DNA of 61,718 bases, counting the filler, from Choristocarpus tenellus KU-1152 (taxonomy: Eukaryota; Protista; Phaeophyceae), in the NCBI GenBank assembly GCA_964200185.2. It is 12 parts of 12 records of this genome, joined end to end, with 100 filler letters (N's around TTAATTAATTAA, not from the genome) between each part and the next. Parts side by side here need not be neighbours in the genome. Positions count along the whole stretch, not along the records: positions 47,889 to 50,664 come from CAXNAD020024845.1; positions 50,765 to 56,084 come from CAXNAD020011168.1; positions 56,185 to 61,718 come from CAXNAD020010496.1; 9 more parts are not named here. One strand, written 5' to 3'. Below are positions 48,698 through 61,718 of this stretch, piece by piece; the stretch's first letter is position 1, and each line of letters begins with the position of its first letter. The position numbers and the translations under genes are program-made. The notes under the pieces are model-generated. The model had not been told where the DNA came from. It did no database searches and saw nothing but the letters and a program-made list of their open reading frames with translations.

Positions 48698-48798
48698 ACA
48701 CTGAGCACTGGTATGAGGAAGAAATATTGGCGAGGAAAAGAGCAAGAACACACTTATGCTGAAGATCCTGTCAAACCTCGAACTAGTCTGTGTACTTA

Positions 48799-49038
48799 AA
48801 GTACTGTGCAAAAAGTTTAGTACAAATACAAAATTGGAGTTCCAGACAGGACAACGATCCGAAGCATACGGCGAAGAAGAACCTTGCCTATTTGAAAGGT
48901 GACCGGTGTCCTGCGACCTTGATGGAATGGCCTGCACAGTCTCCTGATTTAAATCCCATTGAGAACCTATGGCATCATCTAGACTCGCAAGTTCAAAAGT
49001 CAAATTCACGTTTGTACTAAACTTTTTGCACAGTACTG
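48799..49038 (+). mobile_element. 240-bp internally deleted Tc1 element with 28-bp TIRs, TA TSD and a retained catalytic fragment
   Basis: TA|aagtactgtgcaaaaagtttagtacaaa ... tttgtactaaactttttgcacagtactg|TA (27/28 match). Inside: QDNDPKH...WPAQSPDLNPIENLW. Confidence 0.92.
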
Positions 49039-50764
49039 TACCATTATCATCCATGCCCTCATATCATCATGGAACTGGAGGATAACACAAACCAGCTATA
49101 CATTACCAAGTATCATCTACTTCGAACTATACAATTGTATGATTATTCTTTCAATTGGGAAGAGAGTAATATCGTCACTTTAGACTGGTGACTATCCCGA
49201 CTCATGGTCAGAGCCCCTATACACACTGTGCTACTTCCCATTCTAACCACCACTTCTGTATTAAATATTTATTGTTTTATGACGAACAATTGTGTTGACC
49301 CCATTCGTGCCGTCCTTGTTGCTTGTTGAGTTCGGTCATCTCGTTCCTCCACCTCCTCCCTCGAATTTTGTGCTGGACAGGACTTGGCTGGTGTCGCTTC
49401 AGCTATGAAACCTCATGCCACCTTGTTCTTATTCTGGCATTCGCAAGGTGTAATGACAAATAGGACATCCGATTGGTGAAGGGCCCAACCAGAGCCTAAA
49501 TTTTGTTGGAATAATCTTATTTTCTGTGTTCGTTCTTCCCACTATGAGATACAATTTGATTCGATATCTGACAGAGGTTTTGAAATGCGTTGTGTACGTT
49601 TGCAGAAGGAGGGACTGAAGACTTGTCCAGATATCGCAGGATGAGTTACTGCATTTCAATATACGTTACATATTCCATCTGTTTGTGTAGGTATGTATGT
49701 GTGCCTACACACTGTTGCTAGTTCATTCTTCAGGTGGCCTCCTTTCTAGGGCCTCTCTTGGCAGCCTCCAATGCACCTGCTACAGGCGAATAGCGCGAGC
49801 ACTTCTTTCTGCGTGCCAAAATGCGCGAACAGCATACATACGTAAGAATTCATATAAGAGGAACTTTGAATTGATAGAAGATGCAGACTAAGATTCGAAA
49901 TACATACATAACCTTACAGAATAGATGTCAATTCCTGAAAGTTGCAGAATACAGATTTCTGATTGGAGCTTTTACACGGCAGTTTGCAGACTTCATTTAA
50001 CTCTTTGGCTGTAGAAAAACTGTGAATGACGTTAATAAAAGGCTGACTTGTTGACCACACGACTCAGTTCTTTGATTCTTACCCTCTTTTGATAAAGCGA
50101 AAAGCGAGACATCGACTGAGCTGAGCATCAACTGACACCATACGGGGTCATCATCTGTGGACCCCCGCGTAGCGTCGTTTTAAGGTCATTGGACGTGAGT
50201 TGCATATCCTGTGGAGGTGAGTTTGGGGGCGCGCTGTAACTTGGAGGTCCTACTGAGACTCTTCGAACTGGAGAGAATACTCCGTATTCACCTCAACACT
50301 TAGGATTCTTTGTAGCTTCCTACATCCGCCTGGATTCTTTTTTTCTACTTGGGTTTGTGATCTTCATTCAGCATCTACAGGGTTTTCTTCTTCTTGGTCT
50401 CTATGGCTCTGAGGGAACCATCATCCTTCATTGTTGTACACAGAGTGGTTTTTGACCGCCATGGTAAAGACGTTGCCTAGGTAGTTCTTCCTCACCATTC
50501 ATACACTCACATTCCTGATCCGTTTTTCGTGTGTCACGCTGTTCTTTTACTTCACAGGTTCCGCTGGGAATCAGCGATTCGGAGATGTTCCTGCCCAGGG
50601 CCAGACTTTGCGATAACTCTTGCAGCAGTCTTGACGGCTCAACGTGTTTATACATCGCGTCCACNNNNNNNNNNNNNNNNNNNNNNNNNNNNNNNNNNNN
50701 NNNNNNNNTTAATTAATTAANNNNNNNNNNNNNNNNNNNNNNNNNNNNNNNNNNNNNNNNNNNN

Positions 50765-53700
50765 AAACTCCAGCGGTGCTGACCTCTCCCTGTTCCCCCT
50801 GCCCCCCCAGGCCCACTGCCTCCGACCCCCCTCCCCCCCCCACCACCTCCCCTTTCCCCTGTGCGCGCAGCTGCCCTCTGGCGCTGTCGCATCAACACAT
50901 CAAACGAGCTTTCCATCTGTTTGGGGAGGCACCAAAATCATAAAACAAACCCAAGGTTAAAATGTGAAGGTTTGGAGTGTTAAATCTGTATATATATTGT
51001 AGATTCTTGAGATACATGCCCTAGGGCACATGCTTACCCACTCAACAATCTATACTTATATTCTCAATCGCAGTGCTAGTACCTAACAAATGACACAAAT
51101 ACAGGATGTGTACTTTACACCCAGGTACTGAGAAACTTAGGGAACGGTGGAGAGGGGGCAAGACCACTACAAAAGCAAGGAAGTGCACAATACAGAATAC
51201 GTTAATCCAGTCGTTAACATGAGCAATCTTTTCTCATGACAAAGCATGACGCCATTGTAGAATCTCCCCACTAAACAAGTCAAGCATAATGCTCAAAAGA
51301 AAAATCTTGTGGAACATACAGATACACCATTGTCATATATATCAGCCCAAAGCACTCATATACAATCATGTGGCCTTGCCTTCTTTCCACATCACTTCCA
51401 ACTCTTTTTAGGTAACCCTCAATCTCGCTCCACCCCACCATACCCCACAGTCGCAATCAAACCTGCAAACTTTGCATGAGCTCCAGGACTGTGCCCAGGA
51501 GTCGAGATGTAGTATCCTGTGGCAACGCTGACAGCCTTGGGTCAGACCACACTGGTTCTAACACATACCCCAATCGCAAGTGGATCCGACGGACAAACAG
51601 ATCTGATGAGAACGCCTCTGTCTGTGTAGAGGATGCCTTCCCTTTTCCCTTGCCTAATGCTGTCCCACTCCCAGCATCCCCCAACTCAGAACCTGGATCA
51701 TAGACATTCCTGATCCAGGATGGTGCAAGAGATGATGCTGCACCACCTACCCCACTCCCCCCAACTGCATTAATCTGCTCCTCAGTACGAACTGCGGTAG
51801 GTCCACTTTGGTCTTCCCCATCCACAGACGCTGCTCTGATTGTGGGTGCATCAGCCACTTCCATATTTCCCCTCCCTGATCCCACAGTAAGTGTGTTTGA
51901 GCTTTGTTCACTCATTTCTTGTTCTGTTGTCCCCAGTGCTACTGCTGCTTCTGCACCTGCCACACGTGTCAACAATTCACCCTCTCCCTCTCGCCCTCCC
52001 TCCCTCACTACCCCGGACCTACAAGCCTGAGCTAGCTCTCCTCGCCTTACAATATCTGCTAGATGAACCTCTCCTTCCCGGCCTTGTGTTGTTCCCTGAT
52101 TGGAGAAAAAGACAAGAGTACATCAAACATAGTCGAAATTGGGTGAAGGTGAGAGAGAAAGGCGGGGGGGGGGGAAAGGAGATATAGGGAGATTCTTATT
52201 CAAGGCCGTACCTACTCGGTGCTGACATACCATGTCCATGTTTCAGAATCATATGTCGACATTTCGGCTGATGTTCAAGAGACCTAAAAGATCAACATCC
52301 TTCCAGTAACGGATGAACTTCAGAGCATGCAAGGAACAGTGCCCTAAAGAAGAAATGACACTTCATCTTCCCTCCCCACACAACGTTTCCCTCAGCCCAA
52401 CACATCCCCTCTCTGAAACACACCTGACGAGCTGCAAGTTGCATTGCTGACGTGAATGGGCTGGACATTATGAGGCTGTGACTCGACAAACGCCTCATCA
52501 ATGTCAAGCTCACCTTAAAGAAAGCACAAAACGGCCAATAGTTTGAAGAATGGGTCCAGGGTTGGATGTGTGAACAGAATATAGTATCTAATATATCCTT
52601 CACAACTGTGATCGAAGATTTGCACTATGGGAACCATGCGAGGCATGAAAATAAGGGGGGCAGGAGGGGGTATGTTGGATACATTCCGAAGCTGCAGGAT
52701 CACATGTCTCTTTCTTCCCAACATGACTTCACTTGAGGGTAAAAAAGTATCTCTAGGGTTGCATATATGTGTGTGACTGCGGATAGCGATAATTACTCTT
52801 ATCCTTCACTTTCAATTAATAAACTTAGCTTCTTTGAGTATAGGATGGTGATACACACACAGGTAGACAACACACCCCACCAAGATACATGCACAAGATA
52901 CTGGAACAATGACAAAAAAAACATAACCCCTTTGAGTTGTATCGCAAAAGATGCACAGGAATCTCTTCTCTTCACCCTGTCCACATACATAAATGACCAT
53001 AAAATCACATGCAATCATCACACACCTTCAGCGCCTCAATGACAGTGTGCGGCACCATCAGCTCCTCCTCTGTAGCTGTAACAGAATCAGTCTCACCCCC
53101 ACCCCCGGTTCCAGTCACAGCAGCAATCCTGCTTGCCAGCGCCCTGTCCCTGGCATCCATCCTACGATTGAATGCCTCCCAGTCATCACTGGAAGTCCCT
53201 CCTTTGCTCTCCTCTACACCAAAATCAAATGAATTTTGAAAAACTTCGGCCATTGCCACTGTCCTCGCTGAATCAGAGACGTTTTGAAGCCTCTGTCCGC
53301 CTGCCATCTCCAGTGCCGAATTCAAGATGAAGATACATGCCTCCAATAGTAGGTTGAGGGGGGTCACAGACTCCTCCATTCTCTTGAGCAGCTACAGCAA
53401 GCAGCACATAGGGGAAAGACTCAGGAGGGATACTGATGGTAGAAATGCCAGGTTTCAGTGGGTTACTCTAGAGATAGCTCATACAAGTTGTAGAAGAGTT
53501 TTTTGAGGAAGGATGGAAAAAAAGGTGACAGTGGATGAGCAAGGGGAAGAATTTGTCTCAATATCTCTTTTCCCCTTAATGGCGAGTCCATGGTCCACTC
53601 CCTTCCCTCCCTACTTCTCCTCCAGAGATATTTATTCCACTTTTGAGGGCCTCTCTATATAACAAGACTCACAAAGGTGTTGAGCACACCCCTACGTTCA

Positions 53701-56005
53701 TCAAAGAGGGCATATGAGGCCATCTCCAGCACACCCCCCAGGTGCATGCAGTGGGCCTCAGGGGGAATGAGGTCTCCTGAGATTAGGAACATGAGGTGGA
53801 TGGAAAGTGGAAGGTGGCAGCATGGGGGCAGTGCATTGTAGGTTACTTATGACATACTCCTTGTAATCAATCAAGAGAGTCATTGTCCTCATTGAACTGA
53901 ATATACTGGAAGGGTGCATTTGCAGTATATGATAGTATTTGGAAGTAGTAGTAGTAGTAGTAGTGTACAAGCTGCACATTGTAAGCACAACACCAAGACA
54001 CAATAAACATAAGGACAAACAATTTGATAGTGCAATATCCTAGGGTAACCTTAAATTTTGTCTTAAATAACACCAGATCTATGTGTCCAACATGTCTCGA
54101 AAATCGGAAAAGTCTAGCCGCAGAGATGGAAAATAGATACTGATCCATTTCTAATCGAAAATAGAAAAGAAAACAAAGAGTCCTCATATTAAACATTGTG
54201 GTTATGAAACCAATTCCAACAAGATTCAAATCTGTGCTAGAAATATGAAAACCAGAAGTAGCTTAACTCTACCGAAGGTTCTGAACGGGCTTGAACACCA
54301 CTTACCAGCAAATAAACACTCCAACCTTTACCTGCTCCAGAGTTAAACCAACTGAGAGGTTGACAAGGTTGCATTCTTAGGATCACAAGAAAGGGCAAGA
54401 AAATGCTGAATTCTGGTGTTGCTTTTTGTTTTGAAAGGAGGAATATTAATTTTGCGTATACTATTGTGTACACAAACCAATAGAATAGAGCGAATCGAAT
54501 ACCAAGAAAGGTAAGAAACATGGCTTAGAATACAGAAAGGGTCCAAACCTGCCTAACTCTCGATTGATTTGGTTCTCCAGCTTCTACCAATGACAAAGCT
54601 AAAACAATTCAACAACCAAAAAAACTACTCCACCTCAGAAACACCATAAGCAGGGCCCTCATCACTTACAGAACAAACCAATTATCAAAGACACTTCCAG
54701 GTTCATCCGTGTTCTACTAATACCGAGTATGCACAAGCAGCCGTGAACACGTGCCTAATGACAACGCTCACCTCCAACGTGCTTCGCCTCTCTAATCCCT
54801 GCCGACAAAGCAGATGTCATAGTACCCACCAAAAAGTCCGATACCGCCGGGGCATGCGGGCTGAGAGGAAGTACCAGGTCCTCCCGGTGGTGGGGACGAG
54901 GAAAGAATCCAAGCAGCACCCTAGCCATCGAAGTAATCAGCTGGTAAAGAGGTAAAATTGGTGCACGGAGAGACATGTATCATTACTCGTTCTAAGAAGA
55001 AGAACAAGAACAAGAAACAACTGTTGAGTCAAAACTTGCATTAAACGCTGAATCCAACGAATGTTGTTCACAATGCACTCTCACGTACCCATTTTCACAT
55101 AAATTACATAAATACATCTGTCAAATGAACCTTGGAGGATAAATGCAGTGGTGATTTGAGAGGAGCATGGCAAGCGGTACAAAAGTGGACCTACGAGACA
55201 TATACTACACTTCACAACGACTACAGAAGTTTACCTTTTTTGCATATGAAAAACCCTCACATACCATACATTGAAGAAAAAAAAAAGAATCTGATGGTGT
55301 ACAAAGCTCATGCTCACACAAGACAAACTCATATAAAATTTATCGAGTGTGTAACTTCAAGGACATTCTACAATCTACAACAAAACCATGAATGTATCAG
55401 ATACAAAAGAAATGGGTTCACATCAACACAGAAGTACCCCAAAATGTAAGTTTTTGGCCTCAGACTGCATCGAGCCTAACAGGCGTGAAGTGAATGAAAG
55501 CATGCCATCAAACATCCAACAATCAAACAACGTTCCCCAAATGCCTTGGGCTTTCTAACTCTGTACAATATTTTTACACATGAAACAAAGCAAACAGCCC
55601 ACCCCATCACACACACACGTGGTCGCACACGCCCACAAGTGTAAACAAAAGGTGAAGATCCACTATAACCATACTATATAGTCAGTACTGACCTGCTCAC
55701 GATCTCACACCTCAACAGAACCACCTTACAAAACCTAACCATGGTCCCACAAAGACAACGATAGTGTACACATGATGACCATACATGCACACAATTGGGC
55801 ACAGGATTTCCTCTCACACAAACACCGAACACAATCAAAGCAAAATCGCAACAACAAATCCCTAACCAACCTGCTTCATGCACACATGGAGTCGAGACAG
55901 CGCCTTTGACCCCGCCTTCCTCAGACCCATGACCTGCCGCCTTCGAAGATTCTGGAGCACCAGCCGCTCACACTCCATGGCACACTCTGGAGCTTCCTCT
56001 CCCTC
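50765..56005 (-). CDS. HUWE1/UPL1/Tom1-like giant HECT E3 ubiquitin ligase, internal pre-UBA region; exons 56005-55871, 54940-54772, 53776-53673, 53391-53026, 52095-51463, 50916-50765; partial
   Basis: Six GT-AG exons splice into one open frame (phases 0,1,0,0,0). HCMHLGGVLEMASYALFDERR...LLKRM...NSALEMAGG resembles HUWE1 MLFDERK...WALSMGG and UPL1 CRYLGKVV...LTFDSRR. VLEPVWSDPRL resembles UPL1 VILPIWNHPMF. The exon structure is more certain than the family call; the HECT domain is not in the window. Confidence 0.7.
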
Positions 56006-56194
56006 CTGGAAAAAAAATCAAGTTGCCAGATTGCACATGAAGATGTGCCAGGGGTCAACCGCAGGCAAGGTGTGAGAACACGCANNNNNNNNNNNNNNNN
56101 NNNNNNNNNNNNNNNNNNNNNNNNNNNNTTAATTAATTAANNNNNNNNNNNNNNNNNNNNNNNNNNNNNNNNNNNNNNNNNNNNAAACACACAC

Positions 56195-57999
56195 CTGACT
56201 GATTGGAAATAGAAAGCGTGAATCTTGTCCCCCCCCCCCCCCCACCCCTCCAACACCCCCCAAGGGGCCCCAACCACCACCAACAGGCGTGCTGGGCTTG
56301 CCATTCCCACTGTCCTTGTTCAAAGCACCAGCACCACTACTACTGCCAGATGGGACTTGAGGTTCTGATCCAAATTGATGGATGTAGACATTCCTGCATG
56401 TGGACATGAAAAACAAAAGAAAAATGATGTACATCCTATCAAAATAATAAAGCACACTACTTTGTGTTGGTGAGACAAACACCAAAACAAAAGAAATATG
56501 CAATGACCTGCTCACAAAATTTCACTCGTATTAAAATAAATAAGTAGGAACAAGATAACAAAAAAAACGTGTACGTGATATCAATTACTCTTCACTACCA
56601 AAAGAATAGTTCTTGATTAACATTATTCCACAGCAAGGAACATTTAATTTCACGTAATACAAAAATAAGGTTTTCACAGCCCTAACCCTACCCAGACCCA
56701 CTATTCAATGTAGCAAGTCTGTAGTAGTCTGCCAATACACTCACGAACCAACTGCAGTACATGTTTCACAGAGAGTAGTACATTTCAAATCATTACCTAG
56801 AGTCCATGTCTTTGTCAGAGGTAACAGATAGCTGTGCCTTGGCACGAACTGGTTGCTTTCCCTCAGCATTGGCCTTGACCTATCAAAATAACATAACAGC
56901 AACTACCACAAGTCAGACATTAAAACAATCCAATACATACATATGTATACAATCTATTGGAATACTTCTTACGTAGTAGTAGTTCAAAAAGCATGAAATG
57001 AGATGACACACACATAAAAGTCCCTATGTGTTTAATATAATTTCTTATCTGCCTGTTCATGTACTTTAATTACACAATCATGTCTAAACACACATTGCGC
57101 CACTCTTACCACAATACGCCTGCCAAGAACAGCAAGGGACATAGTACTCTTTTTCTTACGAATACATAAACACCACGCAGCATCATTGCACAAAAAAAAA
57201 AAACACCTCAAACAAGTCACAGCAGGGAGTACTCACTAAGTATAATGAACCCCCCCCCCCTGATCAACTAATGCAGCCACCAGTTTTCTATGAGGTGAAT
57301 AAAAAATAATATATTCATCATCACAAGCAACAAGAAATCAGAAACACGTACTCTTCCTCCCTCCTTCCCTCCAGCTCTCTTCACTAAAAGTATCGAGGGC
57401 GACAACTTTAGTCTACTCATTCAAGGGAATACATCTCCAGTCAGATCTGGTCCAGCACAGCCATGGAATATGTAGAGTACAGGGGGGGAAACGCATTCCT
57501 GAATATGGACAAGAAGGTCAAGCACAAAATACACAGCAATCACATACCAATATTGATTTTAACACACCAGACATAGGCTTGGGGATTGAAAAAAGGTAAC
57601 CCCTCCCTTCCCCCCCTCAAAAAAATAACATCAATTAAAAAAAAACACTTACACATTTTTATCTCCACACTTCACCAAGGCAACAGGACATCCCCTTCAT
57701 TGCCATCCTCTCCATAGCCCATGGATGCTACAATGAGTACCTTCTACTACAATTACCAATACTAGTACCACTAGTATTACTGGAGAGGTGATACCTCACC
57801 TCTGATGACACCCTATACCAAACTTGTCCAAGTTGAACAGCCTCCCCCCTCCTTATGTGTTGACTCAGGTCCTCATCTGTGTGTGCCAACTTAGAACCAG
57901 AGGAAATTTCCACTGACCCCGGTAGCTCCACCAGGAAAAAGTTTCCACGAGGGTACAAGTTGAATCTTGCAGTTGTTTGTTGTGTGTTGTGAGGTCAGA

Positions 58000-58030
<31 letters not shown>

Positions 58031-60310
58031 TCAACATACAATGACTCAAGATTCGATATAATAATGCACTACTTCAATAAACATCAGGATACCTCACCCA
58101 CTACTCACCACATACTCTAAAAAGGCCTTCGAAACAATATAAAAATATATGTACTGTGCAGGTAGTGCGTCATATACTCAATGAGCAGAGGGGGAAAAGA
58201 ACATACATACACTGTGTATGTATAACAAATACACATATACACAATCTGCATTCTCTCATAAATATGGAAACAAATATTTATTTAAATTTACCTCATGCCA
58301 TGAATCTTCTTAATCGGATCACAAAAAACCCCCGAAACAAACAAAAAGATTACAAAGATACGCCTGTATATGGAGAGTTATACTGAGAAAAGATACATAC
58401 CCAAAACATTTTTTAAAAGTTAAAAAAAAAACACAGAACATTTTTTTTCCCATCTCCTTGCATAAAAATAACCTATCACTCAACACCACACCACACAGAA
58501 ATAGATTCACTCAACAGATACTGATCTAACAATATCTCTACTTTAAAACATGCAATTGTACGACATAATTTAGAACCATTTCTTTTTTCAAAACATGATA
58601 TTACTTTAACAATATCTATGTTTAAAACACGTGATTGTACAACAGAATTTATAACCATTCTTAAAAAAAATCTTCCCATTCATCAGTACACACACACACA
58701 CATATCTGTTTCTAGGCAGTCAATAAATTCATTGTTCATATTCGTAACACTCTTCTTTAATACAATTTTCTACCCCTTCTAATAATTGACCCACCACTAT
58801 CAACAGATAAAATACTACTACTACTATCATTATCATGTTGCGAATCAAATTAGCGTAACCCTAACCCTAACCCTTGACTTCAGATCGTCTAATCAGAATA
58901 ACCTCAACCCTAACCCTAATTCCACTGAAAGCCCTAACCAAAAAAGGATCGGCTGTTCATTTTTTTCTTTAAATCTTACAATACAAACACAATCGTGACT
59001 TCAGAACATGTCCTCCAATGTCATAGTAGAACTACATACACACTACACAATCATCACCAGGTGTAACATCACTCACCACTACATACAATTCAATTTTCAC
59101 ATTTCACTCTTCAGAGATTTGGATCTGCATCCTGAGACCTACGGAGACTTTGGAACTTCTGCCTCGCAGTGGCACGTGCGTTTGAAGCACACCACCTTGT
59201 GCGTCTACAGTTCAATACAATTCGGCTGGACCAATCAAAATTTTCATCCCATTGATTTGTAAATGTAGTTGGTCATTAAATACTTAGGTTCACAACACTT
59301 AAATATTTATCGATACAATACTGTGAACAATACGCCATCCAAGTTGTACCCCTCCCCCATGCAAAGTTCTAAATACTTAGGTTCACAACACTTAATTATT
59401 TATCAATGCAATACTGTGAACAATACGCCATCCAAGTTGTACCCCTCCCCAATGCAAAGTTTTCACTCACTCTTGGTTTTGTCTTCAATTGATATTAAAA
59501 GGTGGAAATGATGTTCAGTAAACCAATTGCAATCACAATGGTAGACCCACCAGACCTCAATAAATCCTAGGAGGAGTGATGGGAATTTTCATTAGGTCTA
59601 TTTCTTTTTCCCACCCCCCCCCCTCTCCCCACTACAAAAAAGAACAATTTCCCCCCCTCAGCTCTTGCAAATATACTCTCAAGGTTTGGACAAGATGTGA
59701 TTCCTACAAAGAAATTGTATCTTGACAAATTGCACCATATACCATATACCATACACCCATATACCTTGAAAAACCAAAAGGCAAGAGGAGCAGTGTGGTC
59801 AACCTTACCCTTCACGCTAGGATTCACTTTTCTAGTCCCTCCCACAGAAGAAAATGCCAATCTCTATACCACACCCCCATCTAGAACAAAAAAAAATTTA
59901 CCACGGATCAAAAAGAACAAGTATCAACAAAAATAATAATAAACTTGCACTATCAAGTAACAATAACAGTAACACGATTCCAAAGACAAATAAGCAAAAT
60001 ACTTCAAGTCAACACTAACAAAAATTTCGAACACATGATTTCAAGTAGTAGAGAGAATAATAGTAAAAGCACTTCCAACAATTTTTTTTTAGCAATTAAT
60101 TATAAAAATAACGATTGTCGCTCAATCATATTCAAGCACAGATGCCCCTCCCTCCCCCTCCCCCATCTCACTTGCCCCTCACCGTCCAGTCTCCTTGTTC
60201 TGAACACCAATCACACTACCACCTCGAACCATAGCAGACATGTCCTCCTCTGCACTGTGATAGGTATCCTTCAATTCTTCCCAACAAATACCTCCCTTGC
60301 ATCGATTCAC
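56195..60310 (-). CDS. TFIIE beta-subunit-like protein with a long C-terminal extension; exons 60310-60183, 57965-57800, 56879-56797, 56393-56195; partial
   Basis: The phase-consistent splice (2,0,2) gives VNRCKGGICWEELKDTYHSAEEDMSAMVRGGSVIGVQNKETGR/FNLYPRG. This resembles the second winged helix of TFIIE-beta (GIxxxELxDxY...DLxxL...GxI...N...LF). It continues as NFFLVELPGSV...IRRGEAVQLGQVWYRVSSE/VK... Confidence 0.6.
59277..59461. repeat. 93-bp tandem duplication, intronic
   Basis: taaatacttaggttcacaacacttaa...tgcaaagtt starts at 59277 and again at 59370. Confidence 0.92.
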
Positions 60311-61669
60311 CTTGATGGCACCATTAGTTCACATCAACACATCAATATATAGTAGAGACGCTTCAACAATATTAATATTATTATTATTATGTATAGATTC
60401 GACCACTGGAGACAACGAGGTTGAGTTCGAAGCCACGCTGAGAGAAAAACACAAAAAAATACCTAGAAAAAAAAACAGAATACAAAATCAGTAAATAAAA
60501 CATCAGTAAGATCGAAGCAATATTTCCACCAATCAACAGACAACATTTCCACCAATCAATAGCCCACGCCACACATTTCAGACAACTGGATCAGCGTTCA
60601 AAACATCAATCCAGTTCAGTCACTAGTGCAGAGGCATAACCGTGCACATCTCAAAGTACTTCAAAGTACTTCAATCCAGTGGAAGATAAAACAAACACAA
60701 TGCTTCACTGCTCCCTCCGTTCATAGAGGTCAGAAACCACTAACTCTTCAGATTAGTTGTTGGTAGCCCCCGCGATACAAAAGGACCTAATCTCTGCAAC
60801 ACTTCAAACACAAACGTTACATAATTCCCCTCAACACTACCCACCACAAATACTATCAGTGGAGCTGCATTACTACAACACAACCTTGATACATGCAACC
60901 GTAACCCTAACACTACCACGATCCCAATGGGATTCTGCAGGATACAATTGTTATAAAATAAACATTAGGGTTAGGGCAGCATTCCAGAACCACGGGAGAG
61001 GGAAGGTCCGCCAGAGCAAAACAATCGGTTTGAAGAGTTAAACGTCTTAAATTTTGGTAGGAAAAATAAACAAATGTTTTTCAGTATCTACCTACTTGTC
61101 TGCCAAGTGTCAGAATTTTTTTATTTCATTAGGATGGAGACACTCAAATCTATCAACGTGTGTCTCAAATAAATGGCATTCTGATCCCAAATGGTCACAG
61201 GACCATAACCTAAACCGGTATCAAAACGCCTCTCCATGTCCTCCATCAGAATTAAAAACACGCATGTGTGTGTGTGTGCTCAGGAAACTCAGAGCGTGTC
61301 ATATGCCGGGCAAAATGAACCAAAAAAAGACTGCGGCGAGCTCAAAAAAATATATATATGAAAATATATATAAAAAAAAAAAAACGCTCGAGATATCAGG
61401 CGACAAATCACTATCACCTCGACAAATAGCCATATAAACAGACTAATAAAACTAAAAAATAGAAAATAGTACAAACTTTTTTGGTTCAAACAAAAAACCC
61501 CAGCATTGTCCCCCTGTCTCTGACCCTCTCTCCACTCCATATCAATACTACCCTAACTGCATATCCCATCAATATATATATATATATATATCTCAGAACA
61601 CAATAAGGCATGCACATCTGTCTTCAGAAGGTGGGCAAGATAGGTTTGGTGGGTAGGGGGGGTTGAGGT

Positions 61670-61703
<34 letters not shown>

Positions 61704-61718
61704 CGTGCCACACAAAAA

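Noticed and set aside
49860-50664. Coding-like minus-strand region
   Set aside because: It has frequent stops, no splice pattern and no motif I can name; possibly a decayed element.
57349-57498. Extra exon of the TFIIE-beta-like gene
   Set aside because: All three frames hit stops after the candidate acceptor, and the flanking exons already join in phase.
59277-59461. CRISPR-like arrays (also 27172-27256, 47417-47504, 37340-37405)
   Set aside because: These are two-unit head-to-tail duplications without unique spacers, no cas genes are present, and the context is eukaryotic.
1-61718. Gene cluster or operon-like system spanning the window
   Set aside because: Almost every gene is on a different contig joined artificially, so adjacency is uninformative.

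Overview
Fragmented eukaryotic draft assembly, most likely from a brown alga (Phaeophyceae). This is inferred from a brown-algal-type 5S rRNA, Ectocarpus-like retroelement relics, short GT-AG exons in long introns, and TTAGGG repeats. The window is not contiguous. It is 12 contigs joined by an artificial 100-nt linker (N44-TTAATTAATTAA-N44): 1-8517, 8618-11454, 11555-20766, 20867-24183, 24284-26926, 27027-30528, 30629-35776, 35877-41047, 41148-47788, 47889-50664, 50765-56084 and 56185-61718. Host genes are all partial and were spliced by hand with consistent phases: the 3' end of an ELP3-like gene with a hydrophobic C-terminal tail, a C2-domain protein, an MFS transporter, a KDM5/JARID1-like PHD protein, an AGC kinase, a HUWE1/UPL1-like E3 ligase and a TFIIE-beta-like protein with a long extension. 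Much of the rest is transposon debris: three related MITE families with GAG...CTC-type ends and 4-bp TSDs (Sola-like), Tc1/mariner elements, CRE/RLE and RTE non-LTR relics, copia and DIRS/Ngaro relics, and one solitary, diverged 5S rRNA copy. The best leads are the candidate tail-anchored Elp3, introns studded with telomeric repeats (one array supplies a splice donor), the Sola-like MITE trio, and an RLE retrotransposon associated with (TAA)n. No search was run; family assignments rest on motifs recalled from memory.
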